DNA of 37,942 nt from Candidatus Woesearchaeota archaeon. Its GTDB lineage: Archaea > Nanobdellota > Nanobdellia > Pacearchaeales > GW2011-AR1. This document shows, piece by piece, positions 8,184-17,567 of this stretch. Position 1 is the first letter of the stretch. The number at the start of each line of letters is the position of its first letter. Under the pieces are notes generated by a model. It was given only the letters and a program-made list of their open reading frames with translations. It was not told the DNA's origin and ran no database searches. Location: positions 1 to 37,942 of the forward strand of contig CAYHOV010000004.1 in NCBI GenBank assembly GCA_964358615.1, read 5' to 3'. The translations under genes and the position numbers were made by a program.

Positions 8184-9200
8184 ATGGAGAGTGTTTTAAT
8201 TTTATCCGCCATAGTAAGTCTCTTATTGAGCATGTTCTTCTTGCCGAAATGGATAAAAAAATGCAATCAGGCAGGATTATTATGGGAAGATATGAATAAG
8301 TATAAGCATCCAAAAAATGTTGCTGCTTCTGGCGGAGTCATCGTCATAATGGCATTTATATTGGGCATTTTATCTTATATCGCAATCAGGACATTCATAA
8401 TGAATGACACCGACGGAATAACTATAAAAATTTTTGCATTACTTGCTGTTGTTCTAATCTTAGCGATTGTGGGACTTGTAGATGACTTGTTGGGCTGGCA
8501 TCATGGAGGATTATCTGTCAAATTCAGAATATTTATGGCATTTGCAGCAGCAATACCTCTTGTAGTAATCAATGTAGGCTATCACAAAATGAATGTCCCA
8601 TTTTTGGGATTAATTGATTTTGGATGGATCTATCCCTTGTTCCTTATCCCATTGGGAATTGCGGGCGCTACTACGACGTACAATATGCTAGCGGGTTTTA
8701 ATGGATTAGAAGCTGGGCTTGGGATAATCATCCTCTCTTTCTTATCTTTCGTAGCCTATGCTACTGGAAATTCTTGGCTGGCACTAGTTGCAATAATAAT
8801 GGTCGCATCATTAATTGTATTTTATTTTTATAATCGTTTTCCTGCAAAAGTATTTCCAGGAGATATTTTAACATATGCTATCGGGGCGCTGATTGCCTGC
8901 ATGGCTATACTCGGCAATTTTGAGAAAATTGCGGTTTTTGTTTTTATACCGTATATTATTGAGACTGTCTTGAAAGTGCGTGGAAAATTAAAAAAACAAT
9001 CCTTCGGGATCCCAAATAAGGACAATAGCTTAGAAATGCCCTATGATAAAATTTATGGGATGACTCATCTTTCACTACTTATATTAAAAAAATTCAAAAA
9101 CAAAGTCTATGAAAAAGATGTTGTCAGATTCATATTAGCATTTGAAATATTGCTCTGTATTTTGGCCCTGATTATTTTTAGGGAGGCGCTATTTATATGA
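8184..9200 (+). CDS. aglH: UDP-N-acetylhexosamine:polyprenol-phosphate HexNAc-1-phosphate transferase (AglH/GPT, MraY-like)
   Basis: Motifs DMNK, GLVDDLL, YNMLAGFNGLEAG and YNRFPAKVFPGD in a polytopic membrane protein next to aglB. Confidence 0.88.
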   Translation: MESVLILSAIVSLLLSMFFLPKWIKKCNQAGLLWEDMNKYKHPKNVAASGGVIVIMAFILGILSYIAIRTFIMNDTDGITIKIFALLAVVLILAIVGLVDDLLGWHHGGLSVKFRIFMAFAAAIPLVVINVGYHKMNVPFLGLIDFGWIYPLFLIPLGIAGATTTYNMLAGFNGLEAGLGIIILSFLSFVAYATGNSWLALVAIIMVASLIVFYFYNRFPAKVFPGDILTYAIGALIACMAILGNFEKIAVFVFIPYIIETVLKVRGKLKKQSFGIPNKDNSLEMPYDKIYGMTHLSLLILKKFKNKVYEKDVVRFILAFEILLCILALIIFREALFI

Positions 9201-10447
9201 ATAGGTTTTTTTCAAATATGATCAAAAGCGAACTTGCTCGAGCTAGTTTGATTTTATTGATACTGACATTTATTGGAAATTTTTTGAGTTATTTATTTCA
9301 GTTCATAATGGCCAGAATGCTCGGGCCTGCTGATTATGGGACTCTCGCAGTATTAACCAGCATTGTGGCAATATTTGGCCTCCCCGCGATATCTATCCAA
9401 ACAGTAGTCTCAAAATATACGACGAGATTCAATGTCAAAAAAGAATATGGCAAGATCCATGGAATGTTAAAATATCTTATAAATCGTGTTCTGATCATCT
9501 CAATGATATCCTTCATAATATTTGCAATTATCGCGTGGCCATGGGCAAAATATCTAGAAATGCCCTATTGGCTATTGTTAATAGCTGGACTGTATCTCTT
9601 CGGCGCTTTCCTATACCCGATTACTGCGGGAATTTTACAGGGACGTAAAAAATTCAATCTATTGGGAATAAGCTTCATGATAAATTGCTTATTTAAACTC
9701 ATAAGCGCGATTATTTTAGTAAGTGTTGGTTTTAGAGTTTATGGAGCAACTGCGGGATTTGCAATAGGTGTTTTCGTTTCGTTTATTTTAATGTTCTTAT
9801 TAATGAAAGATGTTAGAAAAGTAAATCCTATAATTGAAAAAGTTCCTTTGTTCACTAAGCAGAGCAGTTATCCTTTTTTTGCAATGTTGTTGATTGTATT
9901 CATATACAGCAGCGACGTAATTTTTGCAAAAGTATTTTTCTCTGCAGAAATGGCTGGACAGTATTCGGTTTTATCGATGATCGGCAAGATAATATTATTT
10001 GTAATAATGTCAATATGCACTGCCATGTTCCCAATAAATTCTGAAAAATTTGAACAAGGAAAAGAAACTCGAGGAGTATTCACTAAAGCGTTTGGATTGT
10101 CTTTGGGTGTTGCACTAATCGGAATTCTTATCTCCTTATTCTATCCCTATGGGACTATCAAACTATTATTTGGAGAACAATATTTACAAATATACTCTTT
10201 GCTAATCTATGTTGTCTTAGCGTTTAGTTTTATTTCATTACTAACCCTCCTAATCTTCTATAAATTGTCTATAGAAGAGATAGGCAAAAAAGATATTATT
10301 ATACTTGCATTGTTTTTTATACTTGAAATTGTCTTATTTTTTGTGTTCAATAAGGATATCGGAGAATTTAGTAAGGGATTTATGATATCTACATTAATAT
10401 CATTTATTGGAGGACTAATATTATTTAACCATGGAAAAAAATCCTGA
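9197..10447 (+). CDS. Oligosaccharide flippase (Wzx/MOP family)
   Basis: About 12 TM segments. Motifs ARMLGPADYG and SDVIFAKVFFSAEMAGQYS. ATGA-coupled to aglH. Confidence 0.88.
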   Translation: MNRFFSNMIKSELARASLILLILTFIGNFLSYLFQFIMARMLGPADYGTLAVLTSIVAIFGLPAISIQTVVSKYTTRFNVKKEYGKIHGMLKYLINRVLIISMISFIIFAIIAWPWAKYLEMPYWLLLIAGLYLFGAFLYPITAGILQGRKKFNLLGISFMINCLFKLISAIILVSVGFRVYGATAGFAIGVFVSFILMFLLMKDVRKVNPIIEKVPLFTKQSSYPFFAMLLIVFIYSSDVIFAKVFFSAEMAGQYSVLSMIGKIILFVIMSICTAMFPINSEKFEQGKETRGVFTKAFGLSLGVALIGILISLFYPYGTIKLLFGEQYLQIYSLLIYVVLAFSFISLLTLLIFYKLSIEEIGKKDIIILALFFILEIVLFFVFNKDIGEFSKGFMISTLISFIGGLILFNHGKKS

Positions 10448-11156
10448 GATGTCTGTGATCATGCCGATGTATAATGCAGAGAATATAGTCGATAATCTTA
10501 AAGACGTAATAAAGGATCTTGATAGTTTAAATTTTAGTTATGAGATAATCTTGGTAAATGATGGCAGCACAAATAACTGCTATGAAGAGGCAAAAAAGTT
10601 CAAAGATAAACGAGTTAGAGTCGAGTGTTATAAAAAAAATCAGGGAAAGGGTAATGCGTTAAAATATGGCCTGAATTTTGCAAAGGGAGAATATGTAGCA
10701 TTTCTCGATTCTGGCGGAGATCTTGATCCAAAACAATTGAAAAATTTTCTTAGAATCATGAATCAGGAAAAAGCAGATATTGTCGTCGGCAGCAAGAGAC
10801 ATCCGGAATCAAAAGTATACTATCCATTATTTAGAAAAATTATGAGCAAAACCTATCGAATAGTCAACAAAATATTATTCAATCTTGATGTCAAAGATAC
10901 TCAGGTCGGGATAAAATTATTCAAGAAAGGGGTGCTAAAACAAATCATGCCGAAGATCCTTGTAAAGAGATTTGCGTTTGATCTTGAGGTACTTGTCGTC
11001 GCTACCAAACTAAAATTTAAAATAGTGGAAGCCCCTATTGTCTTAGAATATCAATTTAAGAGCACAATCAATCCAAAAGCGGTATTTCTCATATTGCTGG
11101 ATACTGCGGCGATATTATATAGACTAAAGATACTAAGATGGTATGATAAAAAATAA
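10431..11156 (+). CDS. GT2 glycosyltransferase, polyprenol-phosphate glycosyltransferase (DPM/DPG-synthase-like)
   Basis: Motifs SVIMPMYN, VNDGS, NQGKG, FLDSGGD, VGSKR, DTQVGIKLF and FAFDLE. Confidence 0.9.
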   Translation: MEKNPEMSVIMPMYNAENIVDNLKDVIKDLDSLNFSYEIILVNDGSTNNCYEEAKKFKDKRVRVECYKKNQGKGNALKYGLNFAKGEYVAFLDSGGDLDPKQLKNFLRIMNQEKADIVVGSKRHPESKVYYPLFRKIMSKTYRIVNKILFNLDVKDTQVGIKLFKKGVLKQIMPKILVKRFAFDLEVLVVATKLKFKIVEAPIVLEYQFKSTINPKAVFLILLDTAAILYRLKILRWYDKK

Positions 11157-12141
11157 AATGAAAAATCCAAAGTTTTCGATAATAATACCTGTAAAAGAAT
11201 TCAATGAATACTTAAAAGAGTCAGTGCCAATAATGCTTAATCTAGATTATAAAAAATTTGAGATAATAATCCTGCCGGATGAGGATAAAGAAATTCCTAT
11301 ATACCTGAAAAATGAGAAAATAAAAATTATTGAAACTGGAAAAGCGAGCCCTGCGATTAAGAGGGATATCGGTGCAAAAAAAGCAAGTGGCAAGTATGTT
11401 GCATTTATCGACGATGACGCTTATCCAAAAAAAGATTGGTTAGCTGTTGCAGAAAAATTATTTAATGGAAAAAAAGTTGCTGCTCTCGGCGGGCCAGGAA
11501 TAACTCCTGAAAGCGATAAATTAACTGCAAAAGCGTCTGGATTAGTTTTTGAAACTACATTTGGATGCGGCGGATATAGCTATAGATATAAACCTGCAAG
11601 AAAATCATTTTATGTTGAAGATTTTCCCTCGGTAAACTTAATAATTGAAAAAAAAGCGTTTCTGGATGTCGGAGGATTTGCAAGTAAATTCTGGCCAGGA
11701 GAAGATACAAAATTATGCTTGGCCTTGATAAATAAGGGATACAAAATCTGGTATTCTAATGAATTAATTGTTTATCATCATAGAAGGCCGGGAATAATGA
11801 AACATTTGAACCAAGTAGCAAGTTATGGAAAACATCGAGGGTATTTTGCTAAAAAATTCCCAAAAACTTCAAGAAAATTGCAATATTTTGCACCTTCAGT
11901 ATTCTTGCTAGGAAATATTGGGCTAGCAATCTTATCGCTGTTAAACCCATTATTTTCCACTGTCTGGGTGGCACTACTGCTCATCTATTTTATTTTAATA
12001 ACCTTAGATGTATTTAGCAAAACAAATAAACCAGTATTGGGCTTTTTAACTATTATTTTAGTATTTTTAACGCATCTATGGTATGGGGCAGGATTTATAC
12101 GAGGAATTTTTACTAAGGATTTAAAATCTAAACTAAGATAA
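11143..12141 (+). CDS. GT2 glycosyltransferase with C-terminal TM helices
   Basis: Motifs SIIIP, AFIDDD, GGF...WPGED and VYHHRR. Confidence 0.9.
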   Translation: MIKNKMKNPKFSIIIPVKEFNEYLKESVPIMLNLDYKKFEIIILPDEDKEIPIYLKNEKIKIIETGKASPAIKRDIGAKKASGKYVAFIDDDAYPKKDWLAVAEKLFNGKKVAALGGPGITPESDKLTAKASGLVFETTFGCGGYSYRYKPARKSFYVEDFPSVNLIIEKKAFLDVGGFASKFWPGEDTKLCLALINKGYKIWYSNELIVYHHRRPGIMKHLNQVASYGKHRGYFAKKFPKTSRKLQYFAPSVFLLGNIGLAILSLLNPLFSTVWVALLLIYFILITLDVFSKTNKPVLGFLTIILVFLTHLWYGAGFIRGIFTKDLKSKLR

Positions 12142-12183
12142 AAGTATGGAAAAGCTTTTTAATCGTTATTTTTTAATAATAAA

Positions 12184-13599
12184 ATGAAAGTATTATTTTT
12201 AAGCCCGCCCCAGGAAGATAAAATGTTTCCGTCGTTAGGAATTGCATATGTTGCGGCTATGCTGAACAAGAATGGCCATGAAGCAGCCATAAATGATGGA
12301 GCAGGAGTTTCTCAAGAATATATGCTTAAATCTGCTAAAAAAATAAATCCTCAAATTGTAGGCCTCACTATGAATACTACAAATAGATTTGAAGTTCTTG
12401 ATCTAGCTAAAAAAATTAAAGATCTATTGAAGATTCCAATTATTTTGGGAGGCCCACATCCTTCTTTATTGCCGGATCAGCTATTGAAAAACTATCCTTT
12501 TGTAGATTTCATCGTAAGAAATGAGGGAGAGTATTCTACTCTGGCATTGATTAATGCATTAGAACAAAAAAAAGATATTAAAAATGTTAAAGGAATCTCC
12601 TACAGAGAAAAAAATAAAATAATCCATAATCCTCCTGCAAAAATTATTACTAACTTGGATGTTCTTCCTTTTCCAGAATGGAAATTCTTTGATTTAAAAA
12701 AATATGGAAAACAAATAGAATATCCCCCAGAATATAGGGATTATCCGGTTGGAAGCATAATCAGCTCAAGAGGCTGTCCGTTCAGCTGCACATTTTGTTC
12801 TTCGAGCCAACTTTGGGGACATAAGATCAGGTATAGAAGCGCTAAAAATGTCGTTGAGGAAATAAAGATGCTCTATAATCTGGGAATAAGATTTTTTGTC
12901 TATAACGACGATAACTTTACTGCAGATAAAAAAAGAGCGATTGAAATATGCAAACTCATGATTAAAGAAGGACTGCATGAAAAAATGGGCTGGCAATGCC
13001 GAGCAGAAGTAAATATGATGAATGATGAAATACTTGAATTGATGAAAAAGGCCAACTGTAATATGATTGAGTTCGGAGTAGAAGATTGCAGCCCTGAAGG
13101 ATTAAACTGGTTTAGGAAAGGCCATATGCATGGCCAAGTCAAGAAAGCATTCGAGTTATGCCAAAAACATGGGATAAAAACAAAAAGTTATTTCATTATT
13201 GGAGGAGACCACGAAACAAAAGAAAATATCAAGAGAAAAAAAGAATATATCGAAGAATTAAATCCAGACATAACTACTGCTTCAATATTGCTGGCTTATC
13301 CGGGAACTGAGATCTATGAAATTGGAAAAAAGAAAGGATTGTGGGATGATGAAGTATGGCTTACTAAATGCATTGGCGAAAAATTTCACAGCTGCGCCCC
13401 GATATATACTGGGCCAAATGTGACTTACCAGGATTTATTTGCGGCTTCGGCCGATATAAACTATTGGTGGGGAAAGAGGAAAGGACAGTATACAATCAAA
13501 GATAATATAAAAATTGCGTTAGATATGCTCAGAAAAGGAGACATAAAGAAACTTATCACCATGAGTTTTGCAGTAATAAAACAAAACATAATCAAATAA
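12184..13599 (+). CDS. Cobalamin-binding (class B) radical SAM protein #1
   Basis: N-terminal B12-binding-type domain (PSLGIAYVAA, GGPHPS, EGE), then SRGCPFSCTFC (CxxxCxxC), DDNF, FGVE and YPGT. Confidence 0.92.
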   Translation: MKVLFLSPPQEDKMFPSLGIAYVAAMLNKNGHEAAINDGAGVSQEYMLKSAKKINPQIVGLTMNTTNRFEVLDLAKKIKDLLKIPIILGGPHPSLLPDQLLKNYPFVDFIVRNEGEYSTLALINALEQKKDIKNVKGISYREKNKIIHNPPAKIITNLDVLPFPEWKFFDLKKYGKQIEYPPEYRDYPVGSIISSRGCPFSCTFCSSSQLWGHKIRYRSAKNVVEEIKMLYNLGIRFFVYNDDNFTADKKRAIEICKLMIKEGLHEKMGWQCRAEVNMMNDEILELMKKANCNMIEFGVEDCSPEGLNWFRKGHMHGQVKKAFELCQKHGIKTKSYFIIGGDHETKENIKRKKEYIEELNPDITTASILLAYPGTEIYEIGKKKGLWDDEVWLTKCIGEKFHSCAPIYTGPNVTYQDLFAASADINYWWGKRKGQYTIKDNIKIALDMLRKGDIKKLITMSFAVIKQNIIK

Positions 13600-14555
13600 T
13601 GGAATTTACAATAATTCTTCCCACATATAATAATGAAAAAACAATAGAAGAATGTCTAGAAAGTATTTTTTCTCAAAGATACCCAAAAAAAGAATTTGAA
13701 GTGCTTTTTATCGACGGTGGAAGCAGCGATAGAACGCTTGAGATTGCAAAAAAATATCCAGTCAAGATATTAAAAAATGAAAAAAGAAATGAAGAGGCTG
13801 CGAGAATCCTTGGAATCAGAAAAGCTAAAGGAAAAATATTGGGTTTTGTTGATGCTGACAATGTTCTTGTCGGAAATGACTGGATAAAAAAGATGCTTGA
13901 ACCGTTTAAAGATAAAAATATTTCTTTTGCCGATACGCTTTATTTTGGTTACAGAAAAACTGACTCAATAAAAGTCAGATATCAGGCTTTAATCGGAGGG
14001 GATGATCCGATAATCATGTATCTGGGAAGACATTCAAGATGGTCGTATATCTCAGATAGTTGGACTGATTGTGATCATCAAGATAAAGATTATGGAAACT
14101 ATTTTTTATCAGAATTTCTAGACAAAAATAAAATACCTCCGATGGGCTCAAATGGTTTTCTTGTCAGGACAAACATTGCTAGAAGACTTGTCAAAGATTC
14201 TTTTATTCACTCTGATTTTATATTTGATTTAATAAACAAAGGATATAATTGTTTTGCAAAAGTCAAGACAAGTATTGTGCATAATCAACCAAAATTTTTT
14301 GCAAATAAAGCTCGGAGAATAAAAAGAAGAATAAATAATGAGATAAAAATAAATTATAACTATGGCCTCAGAAAATGGGACCTAATCAAGACAGGAATCT
14401 ATATCTGCATAATCTTGCCAGTTTTCTATGACGCACTAAGGGGCTTTATAAAAAAGCCTGACTTGGCTTGGATTTTTCATCCAATTGCTTGTTTTGGAGA
14501 GTTATTTCAATTTGCATACTATAATATAAAAAGCCAGTTTTTCTTAAAAGTGTAA
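13599..14555 (+). CDS. GT2 glycosyltransferase
   Basis: Motifs IILPTYN, IDGGSSDRT and FVDADN. Confidence 0.9.
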   Translation: MEFTIILPTYNNEKTIEECLESIFSQRYPKKEFEVLFIDGGSSDRTLEIAKKYPVKILKNEKRNEEAARILGIRKAKGKILGFVDADNVLVGNDWIKKMLEPFKDKNISFADTLYFGYRKTDSIKVRYQALIGGDDPIIMYLGRHSRWSYISDSWTDCDHQDKDYGNYFLSEFLDKNKIPPMGSNGFLVRTNIARRLVKDSFIHSDFIFDLINKGYNCFAKVKTSIVHNQPKFFANKARRIKRRINNEIKINYNYGLRKWDLIKTGIYICIILPVFYDALRGFIKKPDLAWIFHPIACFGELFQFAYYNIKSQFFLKV

Positions 14556-14556
14556 T

Positions 14557-15078
14557 ATGGTAAAAAAACTTAATCTGGGAAGCGGTACAGATCACAAACA
14601 AGGATGGGTTAATCTAGATCATAATCGTCGCTATAAAGCAGAAGTTTATCATAATCTTGATAAGTTTCCGTATCCTTTCAAGAATGAAGAATTTGATTAT
14701 ATTTATTGTTCACATGTACTTGAACATGTAGATGATTTGTTTAAAACACTCAAAGAATTATTAAGAATCATCAAGAAAGATGGAATAATCCATCTAAGAG
14801 TTCCTCATTTTTCAAATGGGACGGGATATAATGACTTGGGCCATAAAAGATTTTTTGGGTGGTTTACATTTGATCAAATGGTGATTGAAGATTATTATCA
14901 AAAAAATATAAATTTTAAGATAATCTCGAAAAGATTCAACTTCCTGTCGGAGAATCATAAAATAATTAATTTTATTTTCAGCTGGATATTCAACATCCTG
15001 CCAAAAAGATTTTATGAAAGATTTTTATGCTGGATTTTTCCGGTTGGGGAAATTGAGATATTCTTAAAAAAGAACTAA
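14557..15078 (+). CDS. Short class I SAM-dependent methyltransferase
   Basis: Motifs KLNLGSG, GWVNLD, FPYPF..EEFD, SHVLEH and VPHF. Confidence 0.85.
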   Translation: MVKKLNLGSGTDHKQGWVNLDHNRRYKAEVYHNLDKFPYPFKNEEFDYIYCSHVLEHVDDLFKTLKELLRIIKKDGIIHLRVPHFSNGTGYNDLGHKRFFGWFTFDQMVIEDYYQKNINFKIISKRFNFLSENHKIINFIFSWIFNILPKRFYERFLCWIFPVGEIEIFLKKN

Positions 15079-16778
15079 TTAGGAATAATCATACGATACG
15101 GGTCTATTGGCATACCTGTGATATTTTCTGGCCTTCCAAAAACCCAACTACAATTGACTCTTGAAGCGTTTATAACGGGATATGAATTAAATTTATAGAT
15201 GATAGCCATTGGCCGATTATCTCTAAAAAATACTTTTATAGGAACAAGAGATTCGTTATGTCTCGCCGGATAATCAAACATGTATGGTGGAGTAAATGCG
15301 GGTTCCCAAGGATGTAAAATCATATAATCTGGTTTTATCCTAACAAGTTTGCATTCAAATTCTGTCTCGTTGAAAATAGTTTTGTAACTTGTGGCAGTCT
15401 TTTGGCCTTCAGCAGTCAGCGCGCCAGTCACTTGTTCTGCTAACTCTGTACCAACAAAGAAATCATAGGTTCGTCGATGAGAATAATAACTATTCTGCAC
15501 AATAGAAGCACCAATTATTTTTGAATTTTCCGGAGTATTATATCTTATCCAGAGACCCGTATCCATAACTTCTTTATAGCTGTCTAATTTTACTTTAATC
15601 AACTGATCTGCATGATTCAATTGCTGATATCCTACAAATCCAAGAATAACAAAAATAAGAGTTATTCCAATAAATTTATGATAAGCTTTGGTAAACTCTG
15701 CTATTTTCTCGAGACCAAGTGAAGCAAAGATAAAAATTGGAGGCATCCAAAGAAGTATCCATCTATCGCTTCCACTTTTCATCACAAAAACAAAATATAT
15801 CACTTGGAAAAATAGCCAGACCATCAAAAAAACATATCTATTCGAGGATTTATCTTTTTGTTTAATAAAAAGATCGAACCCTACAAGCAGATTAAAAATA
15901 GAATAGGCCATCCCTGCTAAAAACAAAATCGTCAGAGGCCAACCAATAAACTCGGGAATATAGCTAAACAAAAACCAGGCAGGCTTATCGAAAGTTATTG
16001 TCGCTTTTGTAGAGTATACTGCTGCTGCAGGAAACCAGGAGCCGATGGTCATTTTGTTGAAAACAAAAAATGGAATTAAACAAATTATGCCGATTACTCC
16101 GGCGATCCAACTTGTTTTATCCAAGAAGAATTTATGTTTTTTAATTAAGATAATATACAAGATTATAGAAATTGTTAAGAATGCTGTCGGAAATCTTGTC
16201 AAAAATCCCAAAACTCCAAATATAATCAAAAAATAAAATCCTTTTGGCTTTTCATTTTTTTCATAGTACTCCCAAAAATAGTAGACAGAAATAAGTGCGA
16301 ACATCATCGCAGGAATATCTGTCATGAATCTAAGGCCATAAAATTGAATTACCCAATAAATGCTCGTCAAATAACCTGCAATCAATCCAACTTTTTTATT
16401 AAACAAACTCGAAACGAGAAGATATGTAAATAGGACCAAAAGAATTGAGGGAATAATCTCGGTTGCAAATCTCATCACTGACTCGGGAATGTTAAAATAG
16501 ATAAACGGAACCCAAACTAAAGACATCAAAGGCGGACGCATCGAAAGGAAGTGGCCCCACCATTCAGGAGTCTCAGAAGAGGGCAATGCAAATTCTTTTG
16601 CAAGAGCCAGGTAATCTCCTTCATCCCACCAGGTCGGCTGATTATAAGTAATAGAAAAATAATACAATCTTATTATAACTGTAAAAACCATCAAAAGCAA
16701 AAAGAAAAAATTTAAAGGATCCTTGAGCCAGATTTTAATCTTTTCTTTTCTTTCTTCAATATTCTCCGGATTATCCAT
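15075..16778 (-). CDS. GT-C fold membrane glycosyltransferase (ArnT/PMT-like)
   Basis: WWDEGDY after TM1, plus RPPL, MTDIP and RF motifs. About 11-12 TM segments and a C-terminal extracytoplasmic domain with several N-X-S/T sequons. Confidence 0.85.
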   Translation of the reverse strand: MDNPENIEERKEKIKIWLKDPLNFFFLLLMVFTVIIRLYYFSITYNQPTWWDEGDYLALAKEFALPSSETPEWWGHFLSMRPPLMSLVWVPFIYFNIPESVMRFATEIIPSILLVLFTYLLVSSLFNKKVGLIAGYLTSIYWVIQFYGLRFMTDIPAMMFALISVYYFWEYYEKNEKPKGFYFLIIFGVLGFLTRFPTAFLTISIILYIILIKKHKFFLDKTSWIAGVIGIICLIPFFVFNKMTIGSWFPAAAVYSTKATITFDKPAWFLFSYIPEFIGWPLTILFLAGMAYSIFNLLVGFDLFIKQKDKSSNRYVFLMVWLFFQVIYFVFVMKSGSDRWILLWMPPIFIFASLGLEKIAEFTKAYHKFIGITLIFVILGFVGYQQLNHADQLIKVKLDSYKEVMDTGLWIRYNTPENSKIIGASIVQNSYYSHRRTYDFFVGTELAEQVTGALTAEGQKTATSYKTIFNETEFECKLVRIKPDYMILHPWEPAFTPPYMFDYPARHNESLVPIKVFFRDNRPMAIIYKFNSYPVINASRVNCSWVFGRPENITGMPIDPYRMIIPN

Positions 16779-16799
16779 ATATTTCTTAGATAAACAAGA

Positions 16800-16807
16800 T
16801 TTATAAA
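16800..16807. promoter_or_regulatory. Palindromic TATA box shared by two divergent genes
   Basis: TTTATAAA is self-complementary and lies exactly 21 nt from ATG 16778 (-) and from ATG 16829 (+). Confidence 0.7.
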
Positions 16808-16828
16808 TATAAACTTTTTATTGGGTCT

Positions 16829-17566
16829 ATGGAAAAAGAAAATATTCTAATGAAGGATATTTACAAGAAAAAAGTAACAAAAAATGTATTCAGATATAAA
16901 TGGATATATGAAAATTTTTTAAAAGGAGTCCACGAAAAGAAAATTCTTGAAATCGGCGTAGGCGTCGGAGGGATCATCCAATTCTTAAAAAAAGATAATG
17001 AAGTCATCGGATCAGAAATATCAGACTCTGCAATAAATATCAATAAAGAACTTGGAATAAAAACAATAAAAATAGACCTAGACAATGGCAAGTTTCCGTT
17101 CAAGGACAAATCTTTTGACATCATCATCTTTATAGGAACGATAGAGCATCTGAATAATCCCCAAAACGCAATCAATGAAATAAAAAGACTAATAAGAGAC
17201 GGAGGTAGAATCTTAATAAGCATCCCTAATCCGCTTACAGGCCATTATCAGATATACCCGGGATTATATACTTATAAATATTTTACAGAATATCTAAAAG
17301 TAAATAATTTTAAGGTAGTCTCTTTCAAAAAATATGGCATAAGGCCGCCTCTCTATGATATATTGATGAAAAGAAGATCATTCAATAAAACAGTGAACAA
17401 TCAAACAGAAAATATGGCTCTGGGAAAATTTGTTTACAGACTCTCAAATGGTATCTTTAAATTAAAACCAAAAAGATTTGGATGGAGCTGGATTTTTGAA
17501 GTCCGTTATCTCGGCGATAACAAAAAATATGAAGAATTTATAAAAGAATTCAGTTCTGTATATTAG
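16829..17566 (+). CDS. Class I SAM-dependent methyltransferase
   Basis: Motifs ILEIGVGVG, FPFKDKSFD, IEHL..P and GGRILISIPN. Confidence 0.88.
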   Translation: MEKENILMKDIYKKKVTKNVFRYKWIYENFLKGVHEKKILEIGVGVGGIIQFLKKDNEVIGSEISDSAININKELGIKTIKIDLDNGKFPFKDKSFDIIIFIGTIEHLNNPQNAINEIKRLIRDGGRILISIPNPLTGHYQIYPGLYTYKYFTEYLKVNNFKVVSFKKYGIRPPLYDILMKRRSFNKTVNNQTENMALGKFVYRLSNGIFKLKPKRFGWSWIFEVRYLGDNKKYEEFIKEFSSVY

Positions 17567-17567
17567 T

